In this document: positions 1-14,183 of the stretch, piece after piece
Layout: each line of letters begins with the position of its first letter
How positions within the stretch are numbered: position 1 is the stretch's first letter
Assembly (NCBI GenBank): GCA_000182565.2
Contig: KQ257450.1
Source: Spizellomyces punctatus DAOM BR117
Lineage: Eukaryota
DNA: 64,000 nucleotides
Direction: 5' to 3' (one strand)
The notes under the pieces: model-generated
Databases searched by the model: none
What the model was told of the DNA's origin: nothing
Seen by the model: the letters and a program-made list of their open reading frames with translations, nothing else
Program-made: the position numbers and the translations under genes

Positions 1-1086
1 CCCAGAATTGATTTCACTAGACAATGACATTGTCACGGGTGAGATCAATAAAATTTCCAGACGTTCGACCATGGAAAAAAATAGACGGTACCTCTTCTCG
101 TACTCCAGTGACACGTTCAAGGTCAACACAAAGGCGTCCTCAACCCGCTTTGGCATGTCTGGATGCCGTGCACCATGGTCTAATACCAGACCCTTCACTA
201 ATCTAGTGTCCGTGTCGCTCTTGTGCATCATCTTCATGATCTCAACCATGTGGAGATCAATTGGCTCGCCTTCCTTACGAATGCAGAGTACCGCGTCGAC
301 AACCGCTTCCATCAAAGCATCAGCCAGTTCTTGGCGAACTTTGGTCCGTAGAGACGTCCGTGCAACGTTCAGCAATGTTTCACGATCAATTTCCTGCTTA
401 ATCTTAAACTTCTCCAAAAACTGTTGGGAAATACAGCCGTCAAGATCAGGCAAAAATTCCGAATGCTCATTTTGGAGTAGAAGTTACCTCAAGAGCTTCT
501 TTCTTGGCAATATCAAATCCTTCAGTGATCACACGTGGATGCAATCCCTCAGCGATGAACCTCTCGGCTTGCTTCAAAAGTTCGGCAATAAGCAATACAT
601 TGGAAGTTGTTCCATCACCGGTAACATCATCTTGCGCCGTAGCGGCCCGAGCAATCATCGCTGCCGTGGGATTCTGGATTTGCTGTTTACGCGGACTTCA
701 GGTTTAGTGATTTGAGCGATGCACCACGCGATCTCTTGTAACTTACCATTTCCGTGAGGAGCACCTTACCATCCTTGGTGAGCTTAATATCACCCGCACC
801 ACCCACAAGCCTAACAAAGACACGGTTATTGATCGCGTCGCAAACGTCTGCGCAGACATAGATCACAAGTCCTCACATCTTCTGAGTACCCTTCGGCCCC
901 AAGTTGCTCCTCAATACATCCTGCAGACCTCCCGCGGCAGTGATGTTAATGCTGAGGGCCTGCCCTTGGCGAGCCACCTCGGCTTTTGGGTTAGCAAGCT
1001 GTATTGCTGATGACGACCTAACATGAACCGCGGTATCAGATGTGATTGCCATTACGTGTCAGCTACCGTGTCGAGCGATCTTACAT
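1..1086 (-). CDS. CCT6: T-complex protein 1 subunit zeta (CCT6), 5' part; runs off window start
   Basis: Spliced translation [48 protein letters not shown]...[14 protein letters not shown]...[31 protein letters not shown] (chaperonin GDGTT motif). ATG split AT|G by intron 1018-1084. Confidence 0.95.
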
Positions 1087-1390
1087 GGTGGCTAATAGAG
1101 TTACAGGGGACTGCAAAAGAGAAGAACACCAAGCTAAAATACAAGGAAGGACGATGTGCCAGGGATGGAATTCACGGGGGAATGAGCGAGGTGGTGGTCT
1201 CCCAGTTCTTTCTTGTGCAAGGTTTCGGACACGCCAGACATTGCATTTTCGATTGGACTCCTGGCCTTGGACGCGTTTATTACCATGGCAACCAAATTAC
1301 TAAGCCATCTGGACGACATCTTGTTTCGCTGACAAAACTTGCAACTTATAAAGAGTTTTGAAGCGTCCTAGCAAAGACAACGTTTGAACC

Positions 1391-2453
<1,063 letters not shown>

Positions 2454-2811
2454 TTTGTAATAACCGGCAGTTTTGTATTTATTTATATTTTTAATCCTGT
2501 ACATAGTTGCGATACTTTTCATATCCAGTCGTTGTATTAACCTCCTGCGCAGACCCCAGTTGTCTCCCCTTGCACACCACGTGGTTTGATGCGCCTCATT
2601 TCCGCCAGGCGGGCGGCTGAGACGTTTCACATGTCACGTGTTATAGCTTTTGTTGTTGTCCTTTGACTGTGGCTCGCCCCAAAGGTTGAAGGCTATTTTC
2701 TTTTGCCACCTGCAAGCAGTAAACGGGACGCAAGGATTTGGTGCTGACGACGAGGTTGATTATCGTTCGGCGGAACGGTCCGCGCTCTCCTTGTCTTTTT
2801 ATACGACGCAA

Positions 2812-4814
2812 ATGGACGGCATTGCAACTGAACAAGCACCTCAACAAACAACAAACACAACCTTATCGCACAATACAGCCAACAACCCTCCAAGTGTATC
2901 CCAAACCCTTACGCTTTCCCACCTCGCGGCTCCTACGGCTGCTTTCGTTCACCTCGTCGCTGCTGCTGCCGCTGCAGCGTCAGTTCACAACTCTACTTTG
3001 ACAACGCAACAGCAGCAAGCACTTACCAACCCGCAAACGGACCCGCATCCTGCAAAAATTCACGACACGATGGTTACAACACCTGGGATTGTTCATCCGC
3101 TACAAATCGGCGCTCTTGCACATTTGCAACATCAACAGCCGTCCTCAGCAAATACATCAGGAATGTCTGCACTGCAGCAGCAACAGCAACAACAGCACCT
3201 TACTGAGCCGAAACAAGAACCTGATGCTAATTCGGACGGAGGAGTGAACGCAAATGCAAAAGGAAATAAGAAGCGAAAAGGCGCATTAAACAAGCGAAAA
3301 GTTTCGCATGCATGTGTTTACTGCAGACGAAGCCACATGACTTGCGGTGAGTCCTGGGATGCGCACACGAGAATGACGTTGGCTCTCTGCGCGAAACTAA
3401 ATTTTGGTTATTTAAGACGACGGTCGACCTTGTCAGCGTTGCATCAAACGAAAGATTGCCCACTTGTGTCATGACGATTACAAAACCAATGCTACGCGGA
3501 CCAACAGACGTCGTTCAGTCCAACCGCCAAGTTCCGTTATTGTCACATCTCCTCCCTCAACCGCAGCCATCCACGAGTCCTCTGATTCCTCTTCACCCGC
3601 TTCTACCCCGCCTCCTCCTATATCCGCCCCGATAATGACCGCAACCACTTCACAACCGCAACAGACAGCCTCTTTATCAATGTTGGATCCTGGCCTAGCG
3701 GAAGATCTGGTCGGCTTACCATCGGATCGGGACTTGACAGCTACGGTCGCAAATGCTTTAGCTACCCTTGACCCAGTAACTATGGCACCGGCATCTACAT
3801 CTGCGCTCGCCTTGGATACTGCTTTTACATTTGCGAGCATGTCGGCATTCCCTCCTGTTTTTGCTAGCGAAAGCATGGGGCACGAATTTGCCATTATCTC
3901 GGACTTTCTTGCAAGTTGGGATGGGACGTTTGATGGTACTCTTGATCCTTCTCTTGTTGACATGGATTTGGTTGATATGTCTGCACCAGGAAGTGGTTAT
4001 GCAACGCCATTGGGAGCTGCGTCGTCAACTACATCTCAAGAGTCACTTTTAAATGGGACGAAACTGAGCAGCGCTGAGCGATTCATTCTCACGGCTGCTG
4101 ACCCGAAAGACGGACCATCCGAAGACCGTCTTCGGTCGGTCATTAGTGCAAAGATTGAGGCTGGACTTCTCAAGCCCTACAACTATGTCAATGGGTACAC
4201 TCGCCTTCAAAAGTGGATGGACTCTCACATGCCCGCCCCTTCCCGTCAGCGAATTCTCAATGTGATGGGGATATTCAGACCTATGTTTCGTTCCGTCGCG
4301 CAATCTCTCACCGATTACGATCTGGTTTTGGTGGAAGAATCTTTTGAGCGTTTACTCCTCGAGTACGACCGCGTCTTTTCGTCAATGGGAATACCGGCAT
4401 GCTTGTGGAGGCGTACAGGCGAGATATGGAAGTCCAATAAGGAATTTGCCTCTTTGGTTGGAATTCCGATTGAGCAACTACGAGAGGGCAAAACGTGTAT
4501 ATATGAGTTGATGAACGAAGACAGTGCTGTGAATTATTGGGAAAAATACGGCAATATCGCTTTCGATGCTGGACAAAAGGCGGTTTTGACGAGTTGTGTT
4601 TTGAGGAATCCGGCGGATGATCCGGCGCCGGATGGAGACGGACTAGTGCGACATAAGGGGAAGGAAGTTCAATGTTGTTTCAGCTTTACAATTCGACGAG
4701 ATCGGTATAATATTCCATTACTGGTAATTACAGATTGTTGTAGTTGGAGGAGACCATATGTATTTTCTAACCTTGCCTCATTAGATTGCTGGAAACTTTC
4801 TCATTGCGTCATAG
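2812..4814 (+). CDS. RDS2: Zn(II)2Cys6 + PAS-like gluconeogenic transcription factor, AcuM/Rds2 family
   Basis: KVSHACVYCRRSHMTCD..RPCQRCIKRKIAHLCHD; C-terminal LTAADP, GLLKPYNYVNGY, PACLWRRTGEI, YWEKYGNIAFD, CCFSFTIRRD. Introns about 3347-3416 and 4724-4784. Confidence 0.9.
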
Positions 4815-5096
4815 AATGAGAGATGAGATTATATTTGCAAAGCCCTACTCGGCAATACCCAGAGAAAGACGTACATAGAAGCTGAGGGATGACGGGAATG
4901 CTGCCCGCAAGGCAACCGTACACACACTAGATGGACAACATCAACTTTTTTATTTGTACATAGTGATTGTTGGCTAGCAATAGTTGCTAATAAAGAAAGG
5001 AGGGCACGCGGGGCAGGCCAAGCGAAGCTCTCCTTGTGTTCTGCGCTTTCGATCGTGGTGAATTTCCATTTGCATGCTTACCATAAAAGGAATGTG

Positions 5097-5814
5097 CTAA
5101 GCTATGGCGCAGTAAGCAGTTCTCATTGGCTGTAATTTTTTTGTTCCAAGCCACATGCCTTGGGGTATAAAAGGCGGCTGCTCCCAATCCCCTCGATATT
5201 TCTTTACTTGTCTTAGGATTAACCTTCGACTCGCAACACATTATCTATACATATCACCCAATGATGAGAATTCGCGCTAAACAGAACTTGTTTTCTGAGT
5301 TCCGTGACAGATAGCGGAGGGTGTAACTGTCAGATATTCTTGTTTCTCTCGAGTGCTTGGTCTGAAAGTGGAAAATATACCCTAATTCACACCGAGGTAA
5401 TCGAGCGCTAAAGTCGTTGTAGATTCGCACCATTTTGCAGACGTGTTGTATTTTATGGACACGGAACTTTTCCTGAGGGTGCGTAGAGGAGAAAACCAGG
5501 GTGTATGTTTCGCTCTTGGAGGGGCGTGCGTACATTCGCATCTTTGCAGCAGTTGAAGAATACTTTTTTTTGGCCTTTGACTCTAGTAGGATGCAGACAT
5601 TTGTTTGATGCACTTGTTTGAATCATGTTTGGCGAGATTTTAAATTCAATGCCATGTTTGCAAGAAGGAAAATGGCGTGAGACAAGCTGTATTGCTCATC
5701 AGAATCTCCTTGTTGATGCATGTCAAATTCCAAAGTGAAAAACATAACCAAATTTTGGACGCCCGCTATCTCGCCATTAACGATGCGATGAGCAGCGATT
5801 TGAGCTTGTTCCAT
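5097..5814 (-). CDS. Putative 5-exon hypothetical protein (~160 aa)
   Basis: Four GT-AG introns of typical size join an open frame MEQAQIAAHRIVNGEIAGVQNL|LVSRHFPSCKH...CKDAN|EKFRVHKIQHVCKM|TKHSRE...ILIIG|QVKKYRGDWEQPPFIPQG...AIA*. No family recognised. Confidence 0.45.
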
Positions 5815-5945
5815 TTTCCCACAACTCGTAAGCACAGGATTTACTGGCAATTTGGGGTTTTGCCCGTATTCGCAATCTGCTAGCAAGAGTGTGTGCATTG
5901 CAGAGCCGCTCTCTGCTGCTGTCTTTGAGGCGTAGTCTCTCCGCA

Positions 5946-7909
5946 ATGCCAAAAGGCGGAGCTGGGCCGTCATTTTACACATGCGTCAAAGATAACGATG
6001 CAGCCTCTGCGCTCAATCTCATTCAGTCCCATTTCCAACAGCAACAATCCCCGGCGTTCCCCCAAACCTTCCGGTCCCACGTACGCACTCACGAGGATCC
6101 TGTAGCATTCATACTTGATATTGCTGCAAGCATTCAGTTGAAAGAATGCACGCTGAGAGAGCAACGCAAAGTCTTACGAGGACTCGGGGAAGTTGTGGGA
6201 AAGTTGTACTTGAGCGAGGATTGGACGGGCTGGATGAAGGACCAAATGAAAGAGAGAAAAGATGAAAAAACTAAAGTACTCGAGGAACTTGACGGTAAGA
6301 ACTCAGAAGACCAGTACCCCAAACGACAGAAAACCGAGCGTGCCGTTAAGAGAATTGACGACGACATTACCCCAGCGTCAACAGCTCTCCGAACTACAAA
6401 TACCAAGCGATTGCTATCCCTCCTTGCAAATTATACCGAATCGCCGCTCCTTTGCCTCCTAATCCCTCCTTTCGGAATCGCATTCAATGTATCTGACCAT
6501 CGATTACTGGGGCGCTCTCTTTTCGAACGTCTTTTAGCAATAGGAGCCCTTGCAGAGTGCGTGATGCTTGCAACCGACTATGGATTTTATCCCTATGTCG
6601 ATCATCGGGCATTACTACTTCAGTTGGCGAGAGCAGAGGACAAGAAGAGCATAACTGTTTTGTTGGCCGGCTATACGGACCGCTTGATAACCTTTTGCGA
6701 GTTGATGGAGGAGATGTGTTCGCAAGAGTTGAAAACTATAGATCACATGCTAGGTTCGGGACATTTTGTCGGAACAGAGCATAGAATGCTCTTGAAGCAA
6801 TACGCCAAGGCGGGATCTGATATTATGGCCAAGCACCGGATTGACCCTGACGCGAATTATCATTCTGTGGCAGCTGCAAGCCGACTCATGACAGTGACTT
6901 GGCTTCTGCACGAAGTCGATTTGCTCATCTTTTCTTCTCCCAACCTGGACCTTGCAGAGCTCGAGGATTATACTGATATATTTGAAACAGTGGCTACAGC
7001 AGGGTCATCGAAGCGCTGGAAAACTGTGCTGAGTAAGCTTTTTGTGGGCCATTTTATGCGGTACGAGAAGACAAGACTTTATGGTGCCTTTCTATCCGAG
7101 TTGCTGCAAGTACGAGATTTTTATGGTCAAATGACAAAAGTCACTGTGGAGCCAACACCGGAATTTCATTCCGTCCCGGCACACGGAAAGAAGATGGACA
7201 TGTACCTATCGGATGTGCCAGTGGAGTTTGTGAATACGTTAGAAAAACTTGAGGTTTTGAACGGACTGATCTCTGAGCGAGTCGTCAAAGTCGGAATTGA
7301 CTGTGAATGGGCGCCGACGGCATTAAGAATCACTGCGGATACAGCACCACCGGCTATCCTCCAGATTGCATTAGATTTAAATGATGCAGACGAAACGAGT
7401 CCCGTCAATTCCGCACCACGCAGAATTTGCCGGATTCTCGATCTTATCCACCTTCCGCGCAAGGATCTATCTCGCACCCTCGAACGTCTTTTCACTAGCC
7501 GCACCATCCTTAAATTGGGCTTTGACTTCTCGCATGATCTCTCCCTCCTCCGCACCATCTTCCCGTCTCTTCCACCACTTGCTCAAATCCCGCGGTTTGA
7601 AGACTTGTGCAAGTATCCCGTCAACGGTAACAACCCTACCAAAAAGCACAAAAACAGCTTGAAGAAGATGGTGGAGCTGATACTCCATAAAAGGTTGGAC
7701 AAAACTGTGAGAATCAGCAACTGGGAGAGAAGACCATTGAGAGCTAGTCAATTGAGATATGCTGGTATGTTTGTCATACGAGATCGCGTTGGCGGCCTGG
7801 GTACTGATGGCTTTCTCCATTGGCAGCTAATGATGCTATTGTGCTATTGGATTTGTATGATAAATATCAGACCGAGAAGGTGTCTGACGTGAAGCCTGTT
7901 AATGTTTGA
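5946..7909 (+). CDS. DEDDy 3'-5' exonuclease, Mut-7/EXD3/Nibbler-like
   Basis: ExoI VGIDCEW, ILQIA, ExoII LGFDFSHDL, ExoIII SNWERRPLRASQLRYAA|NDA after intron about 7765-7826; long helical N-terminus. Confidence 0.85.
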
Positions 7910-8008
7910 TGATAATTTTTGTATATAGGTGAGATAGCTTTTATATCTGACGAATCGGTCACATTTTTCTTTGCTGTCAACGTTACTCTACACCCGTTTT
8001 GTTTGCAT

Positions 8009-9899
8009 CTATATAGCCGCCCTGAGTAAATCACAAACCTTTTTATGTTCACCCCAATTCTTGACCTGACAAGGTCTCGAGCAGTACCATTCGCTTTTAC
8101 ACCTCGAGCACCGTTGTGTAGCAGTATGCGTTGACCGGTTTGGACAATCGGGGTTGGCACATTTCGGTGCATCAGGCAAAAGTGTCGAGAGTGTCGGGTG
8201 AGTATATGTTTCGGCAAGTCTGACGAGGAGAATGATATGTTGGTATATTTCATCGTCATTGGCCGCGCATTACAATGTGCCAGTTTACCCTTTGACAGTT
8301 TCTTCATCATCATCTACCAGTCTCGTCAAAGTACTCTCACCAATCTTTTCCAGGTCCACATTCCGCAAAATCCCTTCCATGACAAGAGGCACTTCTTCCA
8401 CAAATCCGGTCAACAATGTACCGGTTGTCCCTGGTTCGGGGGGAGTGAAAAGGGAGAGTTCTTCGAGGTATCGGAGTAAGGAGGTCAATGGGGGAATTTG
8501 GTCGAGGACGGTTGCCGTGAGGTGTGGTTTGAGCTTTTGGGTAGCGATGAGTTTTGCTTCAGGATGAGGTACGGCGATGAATGGAAAAACCTACTTTGAG
8601 AACAACCGCATGGTTGTGGGTGTTGAATTGGTATTTTTGGCGGCATTCATCGGTAAGAAGCAAGTTGTATAGTGCTAGCCATGTCTAAGGGAGGCAAGTA
8701 TTCACGTCTTTGGCACCATACCGATACACGAGGCGTAATGCACATGTCCACCCACCTGCGCTTCCCATCCGGTTACCCTCTCAACATCTTCCCCCACAAC
8801 CTTTCTCCATTCACCACCCTCTCCAAATCTCTCCAGAATCCATGCCTTCCCTTCCCGCCGTCTCCTCTGCCACGGTGCGCGTTCCATAACCCATACTAAA
8901 GCGCAAATCATATCGTGTTTACCCAGCAGCCGCGTAGTTAGGGTGTACGGGAGAGAAGACAGATGGGTCGTTAGGTGTCGGATGAGCGAGAGGCTCGAGA
9001 GGTGAGTTGTTAAGGGAAGCGTGGTTTGCGCGCTGGCCAGTGGATGATCTTCATCGATGGCCTGCGTGTCGTCCCTTCGTCCATGAGCAGAAGGATGAGG
9101 AGTTCGTACCATGTCTTGCCCAAATCGCGATAAGCATACCAGCTACCCAAAGCTCCAATCTTTTTTGCGCAATAATCCACTAAATCAACCAATGCATCTG
9201 CACCCGCTTCACATGCCGCAGAATTAAATAACACAATCTCAAGGAGGTTGAGCACGGTTGCTTCGTGGTAGATCTGTCCAACATTGCTCGTTGAGAACCG
9301 CGATGAAGAAAAGAACTGAACCATCAACTGGGTACATACAATAAAGTATAGCTTCAGCGTATTCGCTCGCTCAATTTTACTTTGAATCAGAGGCAGTATT
9401 CGAGTTTTCCACGCATCAATCAGCAACAGATCGTGGACAATCGTTTTAATCTGTCCCAACAGAGAAAACGTCAAACGTCATTGCAAGTGACGATGAAGGT
9501 CCAATCACACAGCACCTTGTTAGCCAATATGAGACCCTCAGTGACAAACTCCTCGTTCATTTTCTGAGTATTATAATGGGCCTAGAAGAACGAGATAAAT
9601 TACCAACCAAGAATCCCATTCTCAAAAGGTGACTACGAGCAAATAGATATAGCTCATACCTGCATATTCAATCGCTCAATAACTTGATGCTGTTTCATCC
9701 ACCCCTTTGTTCCAACATCTTCCAATGCAAATTCCCGAAGCCCTTCGATCAAGTGGTGGGATTCATACTCGGGGAGAACGGGACTGTGTAGCGGGTTCCT
9801 GAGATATTAGATCCAGTGCCTTTTTTAATGGGAGCAATGAATAACATACACGTCATCGGTAGGTGCAGAGCTGGATATATTACTTTGTGTTGTCATCAT
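8009..9899 (-). CDS. ZMYND10: ZMYND10 (BLU) axonemal dynein assembly factor
   Basis: W..QH..IERLNMQA, IVHDLLLIDAWKTRILP, YHEATVLNLLEIVLF, LVDLVDYC, and a C-terminal MYND finger ...QRCSRCKSEWYCSRPCQVKNWGEHKKVCDLL; multi-exon. Confidence 0.92.
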
Positions 9900-10461
9900 A
9901 ATGGGCAGAAAAGTAAGCTAGAGGTTTAGATCAAAACTTGTTCTGCAAAACATATCTTCAACAGTTTGCAAGGGACGCGCAGCTAAACGCGCTTACTAAA
10001 CTCGCGTCTGGTGCGCGGCTGCATGAAGCCTGCTGAACTGCTAGGAAAGTAAACGATCGGTCTAGAGCATACCGCAATGGACGATTGTAACGATACGTAC
10101 CAACCAAGTCACTAAAAGTACAGCAAGTTCGATTTGGTATCTAATTTGGCATCAAACAAAGTTCGCTAGATTAAAAGGTACCCCCGATGTTCAATAGTTT
10201 GAAGACTTGGTGGGGAGGTAACCCCTGCAGAAGTCCTTTACGCGAGAAAGATGGATATGCATGTGATTGCCATACACGATACATGTATCCATTTTACGGA
10301 CTGAAGGTGACGTTGACAGAGGATTAATGGAGATATAACTTACGGTATTCGACGATCGCGGAAGGTAGTGGGTGGCATTCCGCCTGCTTGTCGTTGAAAC
10401 CCATACCATCCTTTGACTTGTAATAGCTACTAAGAAATGCTATCTTCACAACTGAAGTACC

Positions 10462-10533
10462 GGGCTTGTAGTGTAGTGGCTGCATATTCCCCTCCGGAGG
10501 GAAAGGTCCCAGGTTCGATCCCTGGCTGGCTCG
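10462..10533 (+). tRNA. tRNA-Arg (anticodon CCG)
   Basis: Cloverleaf GGGCTTG TA GTGT-AGTGGCT-GCAT A TTCCC-CTCCGGA-GGGAA AGGTC CCAGG-TTCGATC-CCTGG CTGGCTC G; A and B boxes present; oligo-T terminator about 10555-10561. Confidence 0.88.
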
Positions 10534-10751
10534 CTAAGTTCCAGATGCGCGTCATTTTTTGCCGATTTAAAACACTCGCAAAGCGACATCTCAGCTCATG
10601 GATCTACATGCAGTAATGGCACAATTGTTGCAAGTTTTAAACTATTCATCTTCAATATTGGTGGGTATTTGAAAATTTGAACGGCCAGTCAATCACTTGA
10701 TCAACTGCTCTTGCAAATGCTTTTCTTGCAAATGGCCGCAGTATGCTTATA

Positions 10752-13227
10752 TTACTCCTTTGGTAAACCACACATTTCACATGTATCAGCCGAACCCGCA
10801 TTATTAAATGTGCAATATTTGCAAGCCCACGACGCCCCAGTACTGCTTGAGGCTCTCGTCGCTGTTGCCGCCGAACTCGCTCCTGATCCAGATCCTGCAT
10901 CCATATAGCTGCCCACTCCTCCTCCATGGGCACCGGCCTCGTTCAATATCATCAGTAAGGTTTGCCATGAACTTTGATGTACGAGTTGGTTGGCAGTCTC
11001 TTCACTGTGGTTCTTGGCAATTTGGTATACCAGTTCAAAATCCGGCTAAAAGTGACGAACTTTGAGATATGCTAGCCCCGAACTCCTTGACCAAGCCTTT
11101 CCACTTACCGCTTCTATAACATGTAGATGCTTTAGATATACCAAGGCATGGAAATCCGAAAGTGCATCTGTAAGCTTTCCAGTGCTGAAATGTCGTTGCA
11201 GTGCCGCAGTGTCCTGGATCTCGACCCCTCCGCGATTCTCAATTGGAAAATGAACAGGTGAAGTAAAAAATGGACTTGGATTTTGCGGAAATCCATGTGT
11301 GACCTGAACATGATGTTTAACACAAAAATAAAACAGACGTAGACTTGATGAATACTCACAGTAACTAAGAGATACTCCACTGGAAAAGTTGGTCGCGCGG
11401 CATCCTTCACCATTATCCCATACTCGTTCTTGTACTTGTAAAAGACTTCCGGTACATATTGCTCATTTGTCGATTGCTTAACTCTCATCAGTGAAGGCTC
11501 CACAGATGCCTCCACAATATCGTCGCGGACCATCGCCATTGCTGTATTTGAAACCTGGAAACTTGATATATCAATACCCCCGTCCTCGTTACCTAAATAT
11601 AATTGCCATCAATCGGATGTAAAGACAGTAGCGACATATCGTAAACATGAAGAAACTGCACGTAAGCTCACCAGTCATGACACAGGTGACAAATCTGCTG
11701 CCGAACTGGCCAGTTGCAGACCACTTGCTGGGTGTAGGGTACTTTAACTGCATTTGAGCTGCCAGAATGCACTCGGCAGATGACAAAAAGTATGATTCGC
11801 TATGTCGTTTGCAAATGACAGTTCCATTCCCTGTCCCATCATCAGTGAGGTCCGTGTAAATCATTCCGACCTGTTCCAGCAGAACGTTAAAGGTGGGGCC
11901 TGACAATTTTCGGCGCGGGTCATCCAGCATTAGTGTACCTTTGTAAGCCCCAGCTTTGTGGCCACCTCATCCACTGATGTCTCTTCAGGATTAGGCAAGG
12001 TCAATTGCAACCCGTCATACGCCCCTTCTTGCGGAGGTTCGTAAATAGCTGTAACCACGGCCTTGACACCCAATGGCACCTCTGAATACTGCTCAAAGCG
12101 TCCATATAGATATCCAAATCGCTGATATCCAGATGATCGCCAAAACGTCAAAAAGTTCTCTATCATTCCTGCTGTTTCGAATTCGATATGGTCCACCATT
12201 CGAAAGCTCTGATGCACGGATTAGGAACCGATGGGCATCTAAATGATTTCGAAACTTGGTTTTTGACATTACCTGGCTTTGCAGCGTAACGGCTGACGGC
12301 TGGCATTTCGTGCAGATACCATTGGGCCACGATTCGTGACCTTTGCTGGGACAGGGTATTTTGACCTTTAGATCCATCTCGTCAAGAGGGGGAAGGAACT
12401 GGGAGCTTGTAAGGGGGGCGGTTTTGTTTTGATCCGTAATTTGGCGAAGATATGCATGGAACGACATGTGCTTGATCTTATTTTCCTCTAGATATTTCGC
12501 GTCCCATGGCTGTTTCATATGAGAATGTCAGCAGCCGCCTGGTGAAGCAGCCGCGACAGAAACGTACCTGTAAGGGCATGCAATACTCGCACATCCCGGA
12601 TGTCCCGTGCTTGCAGCTACAGTCTAATGAGCATTTTGCAAGGTATAATGAAGAATGAAAGATGTGCATGTCTACTCACAATCGTGGATCTCTGCCCCGT
12701 TGAATAGTTCCCTCCTGTTTCGCCATATATTCGTCTATCGGGTCTTGCACAACAGCAGCGGTAATCTTTTTATCTTCGGTAGGGGCTTGCTGTTCCTCTT
12801 CTCGCCGATAGGCAGTGTACAATATATCGCCATGTCTGGATAATCAAGATCCAAAAGTCCATCAATGCTTGTACATTCACAATATTGAATACATATAGTC
12901 GTACCGAAGACCTATCTTTCCAACCAGCGTCCCCTTTTTAGCGTCAATGATTTTCTGGCCCTTCTCGTCCGCAGAGAGCACAAGAGTGGTTTCCGATATT
13001 TTTAAAGTTTCTGCAATCTTTTGCTCACTCAGTTGGTGAAATTCCGCTGCCTCGCGACTGAACAATGCGACTGAAAGCATACCCTTTTCCTTAGCACTGA
13101 TATGTCGTCTGATGCTTCGATATTTACACGACCTTGCCCTTCAGCTGATCGTAGACGAATAATCTACTCGGGTGAACAGCACTGAGAACCTAGAACCGTG
13201 AAACACTCCAAATCCAGGACGCACCAT
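10752..13227 (-). CDS. NPL4: Npl4, Cdc48/p97 cofactor, with C-terminal RanBP2-type (NZF) zinc finger
   Basis: [76 protein letters not shown], and [10 protein letters not shown]...CEMCGLP. Confidence 0.96.
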
Positions 13228-13520
13228 TCTTTTTTGTCAAATTCTCAGTAAAGGTGACTGCTTCTAACTCGTTTCTCAACAAAATTGGGCCGTCCTATGG
13301 CTATTTTCAAAAGGATGAACGATGAAAGGAAACTGCAGAAGTCGTTTGGAACGCGAGAAGTTCATCTTCCCAAGTGACGTGGCCTATTGGGCGGCGCAGT
13401 CACAAAGGAAATAGATCATGTGACCTACTGGGAGCTAAGCCTTTTACTTGCGAACTTCGTTTTTGCTGCTTGGGGGTGTTGATTGTAGGATCTTTTTGCA
13501 GTCATTTCCAAGCTTGCAGC

Positions 13521-13860
13521 ATGATTATTCCAGTACGGTGCTTTAGGCAAGTAACAATACGGCAGCCATCTTCTTGACCTTTTCAGCCAACCTTCGATGT
13601 CCACAGCTGCGGTAAAGTCGTGGGTGACAAATGGGAAAAGTATTTGTCACTGCTTCAAGCCGACTACAGTGAAGGAGAGGCGCTTACACAGCTTGGCCTA
13701 AAGCGGTATTGCTGTAGACGGATGGTGCTGACGCATGTCGACCTCATTGAGAAGCTTTTGCAGTAAGTAGATATTCTTGGAAGCTGCTCAAGCGCGCAAG
13801 ACTGCAGCACTGACGCAATCTCTCGCTGCCAGCTTTGGGCAGAACACGAAACGAAACTGA
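13521..13860 (+). CDS. RPB10: RNA polymerases I/II/III subunit RPABC5
   Basis: [60 protein letters not shown]. First intron is GC-AG (13547-13606). Last exon uncertain. Confidence 0.95.
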
Positions 13861-14183
13861 GCTCGGACAGCCATTTGTGCATTGATCAATTGGGAGACGA
13901 AGTCCACGGCCATGAGGATTACAACCCAGCATAATCAAACCTCGGTACGAGACGTACGGCATGGTGGGGTTGCGGCGAGAAACCAGAATAACCAGAAGGG
14001 AACTGGATTGTAAATAGACGTATATAATCATTAATCGCAGAGATACGGCATTTTTGCCGACGTAGAGTGGTTTTGACCAGTTTGGCCGTGCTCTTTCTAA
14101 ATGCAAATTAAACGGGTAGACATGTTCGACTAGGGGTAACGACTATCCACAAAGGGAATTGATAATGTACATGTGGGAATGGA

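Noticed and set aside
8-715. 235-aa plus-strand ORF
   Set aside because: Antisense to CCT6.
5261-5365. Possible C/D snoRNA (ATGATGA ... CTGA)
   Set aside because: No convincing terminal stem or recognisable rRNA guide; overlaps a putative minus-strand exon.
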